Assembly (NCBI GenBank): GCA_023819375.1
Contig: JAMWDI010000004.1
Location: 130,190-194,189, forward strand
DNA: 64,000 bases
Source: Candidatus Omnitrophota bacterium
GTDB lineage: Bacteria > Ratteibacteria > UBA8468 > B48-G9 > JAFGKM01
Reading direction: 5' to 3'
Shown here: positions 37,490 through 48,080 of the stretch, piece after piece
How positions within the stretch are numbered: position 1 is the stretch's first letter
Layout: every line of letters starts with the position of its first letter
Position numbers and translations under genes: made by a program
The notes under the pieces: generated by a model
The model's input: only the letters and a program-made list of their open reading frames with translations
Databases searched by the model: none
Told to the model about the DNA's origin: nothing

Positions 37490-38385
37490 TTTTTCCTCCT
37501 TATTAATTCACAAAAAGCATTTATTCTGTTGTCAATATTAACCTCAGAAACATTTTCATCAAACCTTAAAACCATAAAAGGGATATTATTTTCATCACAT
37601 ATTTTTTTTATAAAAGGTTCTGCAACACATTCAGGCATACAAGTTAAGGGCATAGCCAAAATAATTCCATCATAGCCTTTTCTTATAAAATAGATTGAAT
37701 TTACAATGCTATCAAAACCATGTCCTGCAATCATTTCTCCTTTTAATAATTTTTTTGCTATTTTTCTCTCTTTCCATTTTTCAATTCTGTCAAATTTTAA
37801 GCCATGCCTAATAAATTCACTTACATTCATCCCGATATCAACTTGTGCTCCATAATTCCTTAATTTTTGAACAAGGTTAAAATTTGCACTTGGTTCAATA
37901 CAAGTATAAAATTCTCCAACTATACCAATTTTAATATCACCTTTATTATTTTCCTTATCTCTTTTTTCAACTTCTTTTATATCTTCCCATGTTTCTTTTA
38001 CAATTTTAATAAGATTGAATTTATTAATTTCTGGTGCAATTTTGAAAATCCAAGAAAATAAATTCTTTGCTTTTGGAACGACCATTTTAAATTTATATCC
38101 TAATTCCCTTAACGCCATCTCCGCCATCACATAATAACATCTATATCTACAAAATCCTTGACTATTATACATAATTAGTGTATCTGCCCCTCTTTCCAGA
38201 GCATCAATAAAAGAGGAAAGAACGACTTTATATGGAAAACACATCATTTCTGGTGAAAAAAGGACTCCCTTTTCAATTAATTTTTTCCCGACAGGATTTG
38301 GTTCTATAACTTCTAACCCTAACTTTTTGAAAAATTTGACGCCAACTTCTGTGTAAATTCCAATTCGCGGAAAAGAAATCTTCAT
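37465..38385 (-). CDS. 2-hydroxyacyl-CoA dehydratase/DUF2229-like Fe-S partner protein
   Basis: MKISFP, SPEMMCFPYK, GFCRY, IGIVGEFY, PLTCMPE, FDEN...RINAF. Confidence 0.7.
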   Translation of the reverse strand: MKISFPRIGIYTEVGVKFFKKLGLEVIEPNPVGKKLIEKGVLFSPEMMCFPYKVVLSSFIDALERGADTLIMYNSQGFCRYRCYYVMAEMALRELGYKFKMVVPKAKNLFSWIFKIAPEINKFNLIKIVKETWEDIKEVEKRDKENNKGDIKIGIVGEFYTCIEPSANFNLVQKLRNYGAQVDIGMNVSEFIRHGLKFDRIEKWKERKIAKKLLKGEMIAGHGFDSIVNSIYFIRKGYDGIILAMPLTCMPECVAEPFIKKICDENNIPFMVLRFDENVSEVNIDNRINAFCELIRRKKWRNLHLV

Positions 38386-38462
38386 TTTTAAAAATTATAC
38401 CTGTATTAATAAGGGATAGTAAATCTTAAAAAAATTATGTAATTGAGGTATAATTTTAAATA

Positions 38463-38678
38463 ATGATTGATTTTAATAGTCCTGAATGGAAAGAAAAGTT
38501 AAAGGGAAAAAGCGCTGAAGAAATTGCAAAAATTGTTGGTGAATATTATGAAGCAAAATATAAAAAAGAATATCCTGTTTTTCCCTGGAAAGTTTTAATT
38601 GCAATAATTTTTTTCTTTCTGTTGATTATTATTATATTGATTATTTTTATGAATTATCTTAAAAAAATTGCTTTTTAA
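38463..38678 (+). CDS. Small membrane-anchored hypothetical protein
   Basis: 71 aa, one C-terminal hydrophobic helix; TATAAT 8 nt upstream of the ATG. Confidence 0.6.
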   Translation: MIDFNSPEWKEKLKGKSAEEIAKIVGEYYEAKYKKEYPVFPWKVLIAIIFFFLLIIIILIIFMNYLKKIAF

Positions 38679-39535
38679 ATTTCTGAAAGAATTGATTTTA
38701 TATATTCAAGATCCTGTTTCGCAAAATATTCTCTATCTCCTTCTCTTGGTGCTTCTATACAGATAGGACCTTTATAATTATTCTCTTTCAAAAGTTTTAA
38801 AAATTCTCTATTATTTATAATTCCATCGCTTAAAGGACACATTATATAATTTAGGTGTTCAATACCTTTTACAATAAAGAGATTCTTAAGATGAACATAA
38901 TATAATTTTTCTCCACATTTTTCTATTGATTCCTTTAAAGAAGTTGCATCTTTACGGAGTATAATATTTCCATAATCAAGATTTATACCAACATTTTTTT
39001 TACCTATTAAATCAACCAATTTTGTTGTACTTTCTACTGTGTCATGTAAATAACAATTATGAATTTCAAAGGCAAAGTAAAAGTCAAGTTCTTCTGCAAG
39101 TTCACCAAGTATTTTAAAACCATTCACAGCCCATTCCCAATGACAATCTTTTGCATAATTTGAACCATGTTTTTCAAAATGATGATAGGGAAATTCAGGA
39201 TTTATAAGTGGCCCTGTAGTAGTATTGCAGACAGTAAGTTTAAAATATTTTGAGGCTTTTCTGTAAAAATTTACTGCATCATCAATTTCTTTCTTTCTTA
39301 CATCTGGATTTTCATCCATTAAATTTGGACCAGGAGCACCAAATAAAATATATTTAAGTTTTGATTTTTCTACACTTTTTGCTAATTTCTCTAAATATTC
39401 ATCATCTTTCATATTTTTTATACTCCTTCTAAATTCAATACCATCAAAGCCAAGTTTTACTGCCTTTTCACATATTTCGTCAAATGTTTGTCCTTGTTCC
39501 ATATAGTTGATATGCATAATAATAAGGTTTTCCAT
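38675..39535 (-). CDS. Sugar phosphate isomerase/epimerase family (AP_endonuc_2 TIM barrel)
   Basis: GFDGIEF, AFEIH, NLDYGN, VHLKN, YKGPICIE. Confidence 0.88.
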   Translation of the reverse strand: MENLIIMHINYMEQGQTFDEICEKAVKLGFDGIEFRRSIKNMKDDEYLEKLAKSVEKSKLKYILFGAPGPNLMDENPDVRKKEIDDAVNFYRKASKYFKLTVCNTTTGPLINPEFPYHHFEKHGSNYAKDCHWEWAVNGFKILGELAEELDFYFAFEIHNCYLHDTVESTTKLVDLIGKKNVGINLDYGNIILRKDATSLKESIEKCGEKLYYVHLKNLFIVKGIEHLNYIMCPLSDGIINNREFLKLLKENNYKGPICIEAPREGDREYFAKQDLEYIKSILSEI

Positions 39536-39591
39536 TTTTATCTCCTTTTAAGTAAAAAAGAATTAAATCACAAATAGTTTTCAAGTCAAGT

Positions 39592-40620
39592 TTAGTAATT
39601 TTCTAATTTAATGGGTTTTCCTTCCTTTGCTGATTGGTCAGCTTTAAAAATTATTTTATGAGTAATTGCTGCATCTTCAAGGTCTGGAAATGGTTTTTTA
39701 TCATTTAAAATACAATCTACTAAATGGTTCACCTCTCCTTCAAAAGGATGATGTCTGACATCTCCACTGTCAGGTAGAATAGTTGGAATTGTAATATAAC
39801 CTATTTGACCAGGAAATTTTTCAGGAGCATATATGTTATTATTTCTTATAGTCCCTTTAGAACCAAATAGTTCAATATTAAAAATGTAGGGTGTTTTACA
39901 ATCAAGAGAAGAAGCAACTTTTCCAATTGTTCCATCTTCAAATTTAATTAACGTTACACTTGTAGGATCATACTCATATTCTTTAAAGTCAGGATTTTTA
40001 CTCCTTGTTGAATAAGAAAAAACTTCAACTGCTTTTTTATTCATAAACCATAATAAAGCATCTAAAGCATGACATCCTGCTGAAAGTAATGAACTACCTC
40101 CTATATCTTTTTTTACATTCCATTGGTATTGTTTATACCAAGGCCCTATTCCATGAAAGTAATCAACTTCTGCATAATAAATTTCACCAATTATTCCATC
40201 TTTTAAAAGTTTATCTATCGTCATCAAAAGAGGATTCCAATGTAAAACAAAACTTACAAGTGTTTTGACTTTATTCTTTTTTACAGCAGAAATCATTTTA
40301 TTTAAATCCTCTTCATTTAAAGCAACTGGTTTTTCAATTAATATATGCTTTTTATATTCAGCACACATTATTGTTTCTTCAGGATGTAAATTGTTTGGAG
40401 TACAAATAGAAACAATATCAATTTCTTCCTTTTCAAGCATTTCTTTTAAATCAGTATAAATTCTTGCCTTAAATCCATATTCATTCAGTTTCTTTTCTGC
40501 TGACTCTCTTGTTCTTCCACAAACAGCAACAAGTTCACAATGTGGATTTGCTATATAAGCAGACATATGTTCACCAGATACCCACCCAGTTCCAACAACT
40601 GCTACTTTTAATTTTTTCAT
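39592..40620 (-). CDS. Gfo/Idh/MocA oxidoreductase
   Basis: VAVVGTG, ICTPNNLH, IEKPVA, GGSSLLSAGCHALD. Confidence 0.92.
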   Translation of the reverse strand: MKKLKVAVVGTGWVSGEHMSAYIANPHCELVAVCGRTRESAEKKLNEYGFKARIYTDLKEMLEKEEIDIVSICTPNNLHPEETIMCAEYKKHILIEKPVALNEEDLNKMISAVKKNKVKTLVSFVLHWNPLLMTIDKLLKDGIIGEIYYAEVDYFHGIGPWYKQYQWNVKKDIGGSSLLSAGCHALDALLWFMNKKAVEVFSYSTRSKNPDFKEYEYDPTSVTLIKFEDGTIGKVASSLDCKTPYIFNIELFGSKGTIRNNNIYAPEKFPGQIGYITIPTILPDSGDVRHHPFEGEVNHLVDCILNDKKPFPDLEDAAITHKIIFKADQSAKEGKPIKLENY

Positions 40621-42584
40621 TTTGTTCCTCCTTTTTGTAAAATTGATTTAATAAATTCTTCAATTACTTTATATTTCCAATCTTCTATCCAGGATGGAGA
40701 ACTTGGTGAAATATAAAGTTTTGTGAAAATCCATAAAGCACCTGCTTCCTCATATGAAATTTTAAAAGCATCTTTTAAGTATCTTTCAGTAGGTCTATTT
40801 TCAATCCATGATGGGTGTGGAGTTAAATAAATGCATGGAATAATTATTTTATCAGGACATAACTTATAATATTGATTTATTTCTAAATGTAATGAATTAG
40901 AGGAAACCCCACAATCAGGAGTAAGACGGAAACTATGTTGATAACCCCAGAGAATTACGTCAAAATAAGGTAAATATCCTTTTTTTACAAAATTTTCCAA
41001 GTGTTCATAGTAAACGCATACACCAAACTTTAAATCTGGATTTATACTTTTTATTTTCTCATAAATTTTTTTTGTATAATCAAGTGTAAAGAAATTTAAA
41101 TTTGCATCAAAATCATCTATCATTAAAATTTTTAAATTTTTTAATTCTGTAGATATTTTTGAAATTTCTTCAACCCATTTTACATAATCCATATCATAAG
41201 GAGGATATTTTCTTTCACTAATAGGTTTATACCTATTTATTGGTGCTTCACTTGGTGGAACAAGATAAACTATAACATTTATTCCTTCTTTTTCTCCTCT
41301 TCTACAAAATTCAGGTAATGCTTTTAAAACTTTTTCAGAATTTACTTGTATAACATATCCATACCATTTTATCCCTAAATTTTTAACTCTCATAATAATT
41401 TTTTCAATTTCAGGTTCACCATTTTGATTAAATTCCATACCTCCATATAATACAACCATCTCTTCAAAAGATAGTTTTTGCATTCTTTCTTTTTTTATCT
41501 TAATATTTTCTTGCTTTACTTTATCAATGTCTTCAACTTTTATCTTTCTTTTTATAAATAGTGTTCCATCAAGATATCCTTCAACTGTATAGTCTCCTGG
41601 TTTTGTTGGCGAAAAAGATATTTTAATTTCTTTTCTTTTATCACCCACATTTAAATTTATCTCTTTTTCTTTTTTTTCAATTATATTTTCCCCCTCTTTC
41701 AATAAAAAAATAGGATTTTTCTTTTCCTCTTTCTTCAAAATTTCACTGGATATAAGAAAATAAGAAAGTTCTATATTTTCATTTTTGCTGTATACTGTGG
41801 AAAACTCATTTTCTTTTAAAATAAACACTATGGGTATGCTTTCATTGTCAACATTTACAGTTTTTAAAGTAGGTAAGTTCCTTCCCTCTTTTGCCAAATT
41901 ATATTTTTCCTTAATTTCATCTTCTTTTAAAGGTCTTAAATAAATTTTAATTTCGTCTATAATACCTTTAAATGGCCAACCCATCCTAATTCCTTCTCCA
42001 TAACAACCTATTTTTATATCTGCAAAATTATTTCCAACAAGACCCTTTTCACATTTTCCTTTAGCCATTAATTGACCATCTACATATAAAAGTAGATCTT
42101 CTCCATCTCTAACAGCAACTATGTAATGCCATTGACCGTCTGCTATATCAATCCCTTTAATTATAGTTCTTTTATTTTCAATATAATTTCCAAATTGAAT
42201 AACTCCTTCATAATATCCAATCCACCATGCTGATTCTTCTCCAGAACCTGTCCATTTAGAAATATATATTTGTGAATCTTTACTTGTATGCTTTGTCCAA
42301 AACTCTATAGAATAATCACCTGAGAAACCCAATCCAATCTTATTGCTTTCTTTACAGAATAAATAACCATTTCCTTCAAGCAAGATACCATTTCCAATAA
42401 TACCTTTTGTTTTCTTTACTTTACCATAAATAGTTAAATGATTACCTTCGCCTGAATAATCATTGACTATTCCTTCCCCTTCGTCAAAACTCCAAAATGC
42501 AACAAGTTTCCTTTCAGGTATATTATCTGAATATGAAAAAAGCAATATGAGTAAAAAAATAAAAATTAATTTTTTAAAATTCAT
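40617..42584 (-). CDS. Secreted LamG-domain protein with a putative TIM-barrel glycosidase C-terminus
   Basis: Signal peptide; LVAFWSFDEG...WHYIVAV..LYVDG...FKGIIDEIKIY; C-terminal VYLVPPSE, LMIDDF. Confidence 0.65.
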   Translation of the reverse strand: MNFKKLIFIFLLILLFSYSDNIPERKLVAFWSFDEGEGIVNDYSGEGNHLTIYGKVKKTKGIIGNGILLEGNGYLFCKESNKIGLGFSGDYSIEFWTKHTSKDSQIYISKWTGSGEESAWWIGYYEGVIQFGNYIENKRTIIKGIDIADGQWHYIVAVRDGEDLLLYVDGQLMAKGKCEKGLVGNNFADIKIGCYGEGIRMGWPFKGIIDEIKIYLRPLKEDEIKEKYNLAKEGRNLPTLKTVNVDNESIPIVFILKENEFSTVYSKNENIELSYFLISSEILKKEEKKNPIFLLKEGENIIEKKEKEINLNVGDKRKEIKISFSPTKPGDYTVEGYLDGTLFIKRKIKVEDIDKVKQENIKIKKERMQKLSFEEMVVLYGGMEFNQNGEPEIEKIIMRVKNLGIKWYGYVIQVNSEKVLKALPEFCRRGEKEGINVIVYLVPPSEAPINRYKPISERKYPPYDMDYVKWVEEISKISTELKNLKILMIDDFDANLNFFTLDYTKKIYEKIKSINPDLKFGVCVYYEHLENFVKKGYLPYFDVILWGYQHSFRLTPDCGVSSNSLHLEINQYYKLCPDKIIIPCIYLTPHPSWIENRPTERYLKDAFKISYEEAGALWIFTKLYISPSSPSWIEDWKYKVIEEFIKSILQKGGTK

Positions 42585-43827
42585 AACCACCCCCTTTTAG
42601 GTTCTTTAAAATTTCCTTAAAACTGTCAATCAGGACTTCTCCAACATTCTCTTTAAATGGGAAAAATGTTGTGAATAAAGGAGCAATTGTTGATGCATAT
42701 CTTTTTTCTTTAAAATCTTCTTCGTCAGGAATATAACCAACATAATCATTTGAGTATCCAAAAAGAAAGTTATATTTAGAAAAAGACAATTTTTTTAATT
42801 CTAAACCAAATATTGTAAAAATTTCCCCAGGAGCAACAAAAAATGAACAAATATCGCTAAAACAAATAAATTGTATCTCTGTTGGTAAAAAATCTCTGCA
42901 ATTTTTATCAATTTTGTACAGAGTGATTTTTTTCCATTTTGGGAGAAATTTATCCCAATTTCTATATTCTTTTTCTCTAAATTCATTATAAAATTCCTCA
43001 ACATCTTTTTTTGTAGGAATTTTTAAAGGTAAATTTATAATTTCAGTCATATTTTTAATCTTTAAATTGTCTTTATATTCCAGTTTATTTATTACTTTTA
43101 AAATTTCCTCACCTACTTTTTCTCCATAAAATTTTGCCTTTTCAAAATCTCTTTGCCATCCCTCTTTTATATTTATATCTCCACAAAATCCTTGAAAGAA
43201 AATACTCTCACAATTTAAATCATTTTTTATTTTTTCGTTTGTATAAAATGGCCAATCACAAGTAAAAAGTCTATTTTCATGACTTAAACTTATACAGTGA
43301 GCATTATAGTTGTATAAAAATATCTTTTCTTTTTTATTTTCAAAAAACATAATTCTTAAACTTTTATCATAAGGTCCATTTTGTTTTGTTCTGTTATAAG
43401 CAATATCTACTTCTGTTTCTATAAACCCAATTTTTCCTTCTGAAGAATTTAATTTTGCATTAACAGCACTTTTCAATATTTTTTCTTCAAGGACAACCAT
43501 ATATCTTCTACTTATTTTTCCAAGGCCTTCAAGATATAAAGTTGCAGGGCCTGAATGTGTATGAGTGGATGAAATTGTTATATTCTGGGAAGATATGCCT
43601 ATGTTGTTAGAAATTTTTTCTTTTATTCTAACAATATTTTCTCTATTTATTCCTATTAAGTCACAGGAGATAAGTAAAATCTCATTTTCTCCATCATTTA
43701 AATATATACTTTTAGCATAAAGTGGGTCATGAATTCCTTCAGATTTTCTATTTAAATAAAAGCCATAACCACCCAGTTCAACACTAAATTTGGGAGTAAT
43801 ATCAATTTTACTATAACCTATTTTCAT
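42574..43827 (-). CDS. Neutral/alkaline ceramidase-like amidohydrolase
   Basis: IDITP..LGGY, GIHDPLYAK, STHTHSGP, QGFCGDIN, PGEIF, YSNDYVGYIP. Confidence 0.8.
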   Translation of the reverse strand: MKIGYSKIDITPKFSVELGGYGFYLNRKSEGIHDPLYAKSIYLNDGENEILLISCDLIGINRENIVRIKEKISNNIGISSQNITISSTHTHSGPATLYLEGLGKISRRYMVVLEEKILKSAVNAKLNSSEGKIGFIETEVDIAYNRTKQNGPYDKSLRIMFFENKKEKIFLYNYNAHCISLSHENRLFTCDWPFYTNEKIKNDLNCESIFFQGFCGDINIKEGWQRDFEKAKFYGEKVGEEILKVINKLEYKDNLKIKNMTEIINLPLKIPTKKDVEEFYNEFREKEYRNWDKFLPKWKKITLYKIDKNCRDFLPTEIQFICFSDICSFFVAPGEIFTIFGLELKKLSFSKYNFLFGYSNDYVGYIPDEEDFKEKRYASTIAPLFTTFFPFKENVGEVLIDSFKEILKNLKGGGYEF

Positions 43828-45107
43828 TTCAATTCATCTATATTTTTTCTTAATTTGTAAAAACCTTCTGCTATATCTTCCATGTCTTTTTTTGTTCCGA
43901 GAAGCAACCTATGAACAATCCATATTGTTCTTCCTTTACAAACTTCTTCTACATTTTTACATGTTTCTTTAAACTTTTCATAATCAATTGGATTTTTTCT
44001 GCCTTTCATAAATGGAGAGTCACTTGAAAAATCAAGATTTTTAAATAATGGGTTATGATAAAGAGGATATAAATAACCAGATGATAAAGGGATTCCTTCT
44101 GCTTCCATTGCTTTTAATATTTTTTCAAGTGGAATATTATCCCATTCTTCAGGGAAATACCTTAAAATTGCAAGATGATGAGAGAATGTCTTTTGTTTTG
44201 GATTTAGTTTTATAGGTTTTATTCCAGGAAGGTCTTTTAATAATTCAACAAGATAGTTGTAATTTTTCATTCTTATCTCTGTTTGTTTTTTCAATCTCTT
44301 TAATTGAGTAAGTAATAATGCTCCTTGGAATTCACTCATCCTTAAATTCCATCCCAATCTTACATGTTCATACCATAAGCCATTTTTTTCTCTTCCATAA
44401 TGTCTTAAAGACCAAGAAAGTTCTGCAAGTTTGTCGTCATTTGTTGTTATTGCTCCTCCTTCTCCTGCAGTTAAATTTTTTGACTGTTGGAAACTAAAAA
44501 TTCCCATATCTCCAATTCCACCTGCACTTCTTCCGTCTTTATAAAATACATAATGTGCATGTGCTGCATCTTCAATTACTTTCAAATTATACTTTTTGCT
44601 TATCTCCATTATCTTATCCATATCTGGCATATTGCCACTAAAATGTACAGGTATAATTGCTTTTGTCCTTTCTGTTATTGCTTCCTCAATTTTATTTGCA
44701 TCTATTTGATATGTTTCAGGATCAATATCAACAAAAACAGGTAAAGCATAATGATTTAAGACACACATAACAGTTGCAATAAATGTATAAGGAGTTGTTA
44801 TTACTTCATCTCCAGGGCCAATCCCAAGTGCACGAACACATATTTCAAGAGCAGAAGAACCACTATTTACAGCAATACAATGTTTTACTTTTTGAACTTC
44901 TGCAAATTTCCTTTCAAATTTTTCAACATATGATAATCCTTTAACTTTTCCTGAAGCAAATTCTATTGGAGAATATGCATACATCCACCATTTTCCACTT
45001 CTTAAGACTTTCAAAATTTCTCTTTCTTCTTCTTTTCCAAATATAGGCCAACCTGGAAATGGTTTTTTTCTTACTGGTTTCCCTCCATTTATCGCAAGTT
45101 TAGCCAT
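43824..45107 (-). CDS. DegT/DnrJ/StrS PLP aminotransferase (RifK/BtrR-like subgroup)
   Basis: LAINGGKPVR..FPGWP, GPGDEVI, IEDAAHAH, SFQQSKNLTAGEGG. Confidence 0.92.
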   Translation of the reverse strand: MAKLAINGGKPVRKKPFPGWPIFGKEEEREILKVLRSGKWWMYAYSPIEFASGKVKGLSYVEKFERKFAEVQKVKHCIAVNSGSSALEICVRALGIGPGDEVITTPYTFIATVMCVLNHYALPVFVDIDPETYQIDANKIEEAITERTKAIIPVHFSGNMPDMDKIMEISKKYNLKVIEDAAHAHYVFYKDGRSAGGIGDMGIFSFQQSKNLTAGEGGAITTNDDKLAELSWSLRHYGREKNGLWYEHVRLGWNLRMSEFQGALLLTQLKRLKKQTEIRMKNYNYLVELLKDLPGIKPIKLNPKQKTFSHHLAILRYFPEEWDNIPLEKILKAMEAEGIPLSSGYLYPLYHNPLFKNLDFSSDSPFMKGRKNPIDYEKFKETCKNVEEVCKGRTIWIVHRLLLGTKKDMEDIAEGFYKLRKNIDELK

Positions 45108-45124
45108 ACTTATTCCTCCTTTTT

Positions 45125-46087
45125 TTATAATCTTTCGTAATAGATCTTTTCAATAAGTTCCATAGTTTTTAGAGCATCAGTAAGATTTGTTAAAGGTTGT
45201 TTCTTTTGTTTTAAACAATCAATAAAATGTCGATTTTCATTATAGAAGCCTGCAATTTTATAAAAATCAGTACTTCCAACAATTTCTTCACTTTTTAAAG
45301 ATATACATTCTTCTTTGCCATTCATAAAAATAGTTGCAATTTTTTCTGGTTCAACATATGCAGTTATGCCTTTGGCATGAAGTTCTATACTGAAAATTCT
45401 TTTTCCTCCTATATAATTAGAAACTAAAAGACCTGTTGCTCCTGATTCAAATTCTAAAATTGCGTTGAAATTATTTTCATAATTTTTGTACCATTTTTTA
45501 ATTAATGAAGAAACTTTTTTTACTTCTCCTCCTATCCATCTTAAACAATCTACTGCATGAATTATGTCACTTGTTAAAAGATCAATAGCACCTCTAAAAT
45601 ATGGTGTCTCATCGTTAAAAAATTTTATAAAACGAACAATACATAAAATTACAGGGCCATTTCTTTCAACCAATTCCTTCACTTTAAGAGTTAATGGGCT
45701 AAATCTTCTTTGGAAACCTACCATAGTAATACATCCAAATTTTTCAGATTTTAAAGCCATCTGTCTTGTTTGTTCTTTACATATTCCAGGGGGTTTTTCA
45801 ATAAAAATATTTAATTTTCTTTCTAAACAATCTATTGCAGGATCAAAAATAATGTGGGGAGGTAAAGCAATGTAGACTGCATCTAGTGCTAATTTTTCTA
45901 TCATTTCTTTATAATTATTAAAAGTATTTACAATTTTATATTTTTCTTTTATCTCTACAAGTTTGTTTTCATCAATATCACAAACTCCACATATTTCAAC
46001 ATCTTCAAAAGACGATAAAGATGGCAAATGTGCTAATTTTACAATGTTACCACACCCTATAATTCCAATTTTGACTTTGTTATTCAT
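45125..46087 (-). CDS. Gfo/Idh/MocA oxidoreductase
   Basis: IGIIGCG, IEKPPG, VGFQRRF, DIIHAVD. Confidence 0.92.
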   Translation of the reverse strand: MNNKVKIGIIGCGNIVKLAHLPSLSSFEDVEICGVCDIDENKLVEIKEKYKIVNTFNNYKEMIEKLALDAVYIALPPHIIFDPAIDCLERKLNIFIEKPPGICKEQTRQMALKSEKFGCITMVGFQRRFSPLTLKVKELVERNGPVILCIVRFIKFFNDETPYFRGAIDLLTSDIIHAVDCLRWIGGEVKKVSSLIKKWYKNYENNFNAILEFESGATGLLVSNYIGGKRIFSIELHAKGITAYVEPEKIATIFMNGKEECISLKSEEIVGSTDFYKIAGFYNENRHFIDCLKQKKQPLTNLTDALKTMELIEKIYYERL

Positions 46088-46088
46088 C

Positions 46089-46832
46089 CTAAAAAGTAAA
46101 AACTTTCATATTAACAGTTATTCCATAATTTACACCAGGATTTAAACTTCCACTTGCATTTCTTGAACCCTTTAGACACGCCCTTAATCTTGATGGCTCA
46201 CATGCTTCTACATGTCCATCTGAAAAGAGTGTGTTACACTTTCCCATATGTCTAAAATGAAATGTGTGATAATCTACAGGAGATGAAGTATCAAATACAT
46301 AATTTAAACATAATCCATATTGGCTATTTCTTGAAAGATAAAGTGAATCAGCAAGAAGAATAAAATTTGATGGTTTTGTAATTTTTGGGAAATAAATATA
46401 AAATACATATCCTCCTGGAACAGGACGCATATAAAATGTCCCAACATCATCAGGTGGGGCTGTTATACTTGAAACATATTGATTTACTCCATAAACATAT
46501 TGCCATCCCTTGTAAACTTTTGGCTCAGCAGATGGACAGACTAATATTGTAGGTTTACCTACTTTAGGTTCAGGAAGATAAGAACTTATAGGTCCTGTTA
46601 ACCATATATTCCAATATTGAATAGGTGAACTTCTGTAAACAGTCCAGTATCCATCGTAATCGTTTGCATACATTAAAATTGCTTGTCCTATTTGCTTTAA
46701 GTTATTGAAGCATACTGCCTGTCTTGCTCTTTCACGTGCTTTTGATAAAGCAGGTAGCAACATCGCTGCTAAAATTGCTATGATTGCCACCACAACAAGC
46801 AACTCTATTAATGTAAAACCTCTTCTTTTCAT
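46089..46832 (-). CDS. Prepilin-like DUF1559/H-X9-DG protein
   Basis: G|[35 protein letters not shown]. Start ATG 46832. Confidence 0.9.
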   Translation of the reverse strand: MKRRGFTLIELLVVVAIIAILAAMLLPALSKARERARQAVCFNNLKQIGQAILMYANDYDGYWTVYRSSPIQYWNIWLTGPISSYLPEPKVGKPTILVCPSAEPKVYKGWQYVYGVNQYVSSITAPPDDVGTFYMRPVPGGYVFYIYFPKITKPSNFILLADSLYLSRNSQYGLCLNYVFDTSSPVDYHTFHFRHMGKCNTLFSDGHVEACEPSRLRACLKGSRNASGSLNPGVNYGITVNMKVFTF

Positions 46833-46886
46833 TTTTATCACCCCCCTTTCTTATTTTATTTTTTATTTCTAAACAATACCTTTCCA

Positions 46887-48080
46887 TTATTCTTCACCTC
46901 CTTTTATTATTCGGTTTTTAAATATGTCTGCAATACATAAATTTGTCCCTTTTAAGATTCCTTCATTTTCATCAATATTAGAAAATTCAATTTTTAAATC
47001 TTCAAGAAGTAGTGGTAATGCCTCTTTTAATATTGAATTTTTAATTATTGAAAGAAGGAAATCACCTGCTTTTATAAGAGGACCACCAAAAACAATTACA
47101 TCAGGATTAAAAATGTTGACTAACATTGCGCTCACTTTTCCTATATACTTTCCAGCATTTTCTATTACTTCAATACACAATTTATCTCTTCTATTTATGC
47201 ATTCCACTATATCTTCAATTTTTATTTTCTCTATATTGCCATTTACAATCTTTTCTATCTCTGAATGAACCCCCTCTTTTAAGCCATTTTTTATTTTTTC
47301 AATTATAGAACTTATGTTTGCAAATTTCTCAAGACATCCATAATTCCCACAATAACATCTCTCCCCATCTTTTTCTACAATTATATGTCCTATTTCTCCA
47401 CAGTTTCCACTACTTCCATAAAATATTTTTCCATTTAGAATTATTCCAAGTCCAATTCCTTCTCCAAGATATATGTATAGAAGATTTTTTGTATTTTCAT
47501 TTTTCCTTATTTCAAATTCCATCCTTGCAAGAACATCAGGATTATCAAAAAGAAAAATATCTTTTTTAAATTCTTCTTCTAAAATTTTTCTCAAATTAAT
47601 TCTTTCCCATTTTTTCCAACCACATAATCCTAAAACTTCCCCTGTTTTTATATCTATGGCTCCAAGTAAAGATATTCCTATATTTTTCCATTTCGCTTCA
47701 TCTAATTTAGAATTTTCTTTTAAGTTTTTTATAAATGATATCATTCTTGAAATAAAAAGTTCCTCATCCTTTTCTGAAAATTCTTTATCCTCTTTGAAAA
47801 TTATTTTATTCCCATAATTTGTCACTCCACCTATTATTTTATTTCCATCATAAGATATAATTATTGAATGATAAAAGTCTGGATTTATTCTGTAAAAACT
47901 TAGTCTTCTTCCTCTCCCTCTGATAATTTTTCCGTCTTTTACAATTTTCCCTTCATTAATTAGAATTTTTATAATTTTGCTAACTGTTATATTTCCAATA
48001 CCTGATTTTTCTACAATTTCTTTTCTTGATAAAGGTTCTTTTTCTAAAATTAATTTTAAAATTAAATTTTTTTTCTTCAT
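46887..48080 (-). CDS. ROK-family transcriptional regulator (NagC/XylR-like)
   Basis: N-terminal wHTH (LSRKEIV...TVSKII...GRGRR), GIGLGII, GEIGH...CYCGNYGCLE. Confidence 0.92.
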   Translation of the reverse strand: MKKKNLILKLILEKEPLSRKEIVEKSGIGNITVSKIIKILINEGKIVKDGKIIRGRGRRLSFYRINPDFYHSIIISYDGNKIIGGVTNYGNKIIFKEDKEFSEKDEELFISRMISFIKNLKENSKLDEAKWKNIGISLLGAIDIKTGEVLGLCGWKKWERINLRKILEEEFKKDIFLFDNPDVLARMEFEIRKNENTKNLLYIYLGEGIGLGIILNGKIFYGSSGNCGEIGHIIVEKDGERCYCGNYGCLEKFANISSIIEKIKNGLKEGVHSEIEKIVNGNIEKIKIEDIVECINRRDKLCIEVIENAGKYIGKVSAMLVNIFNPDVIVFGGPLIKAGDFLLSIIKNSILKEALPLLLEDLKIEFSNIDENEGILKGTNLCIADIFKNRIIKGGEE

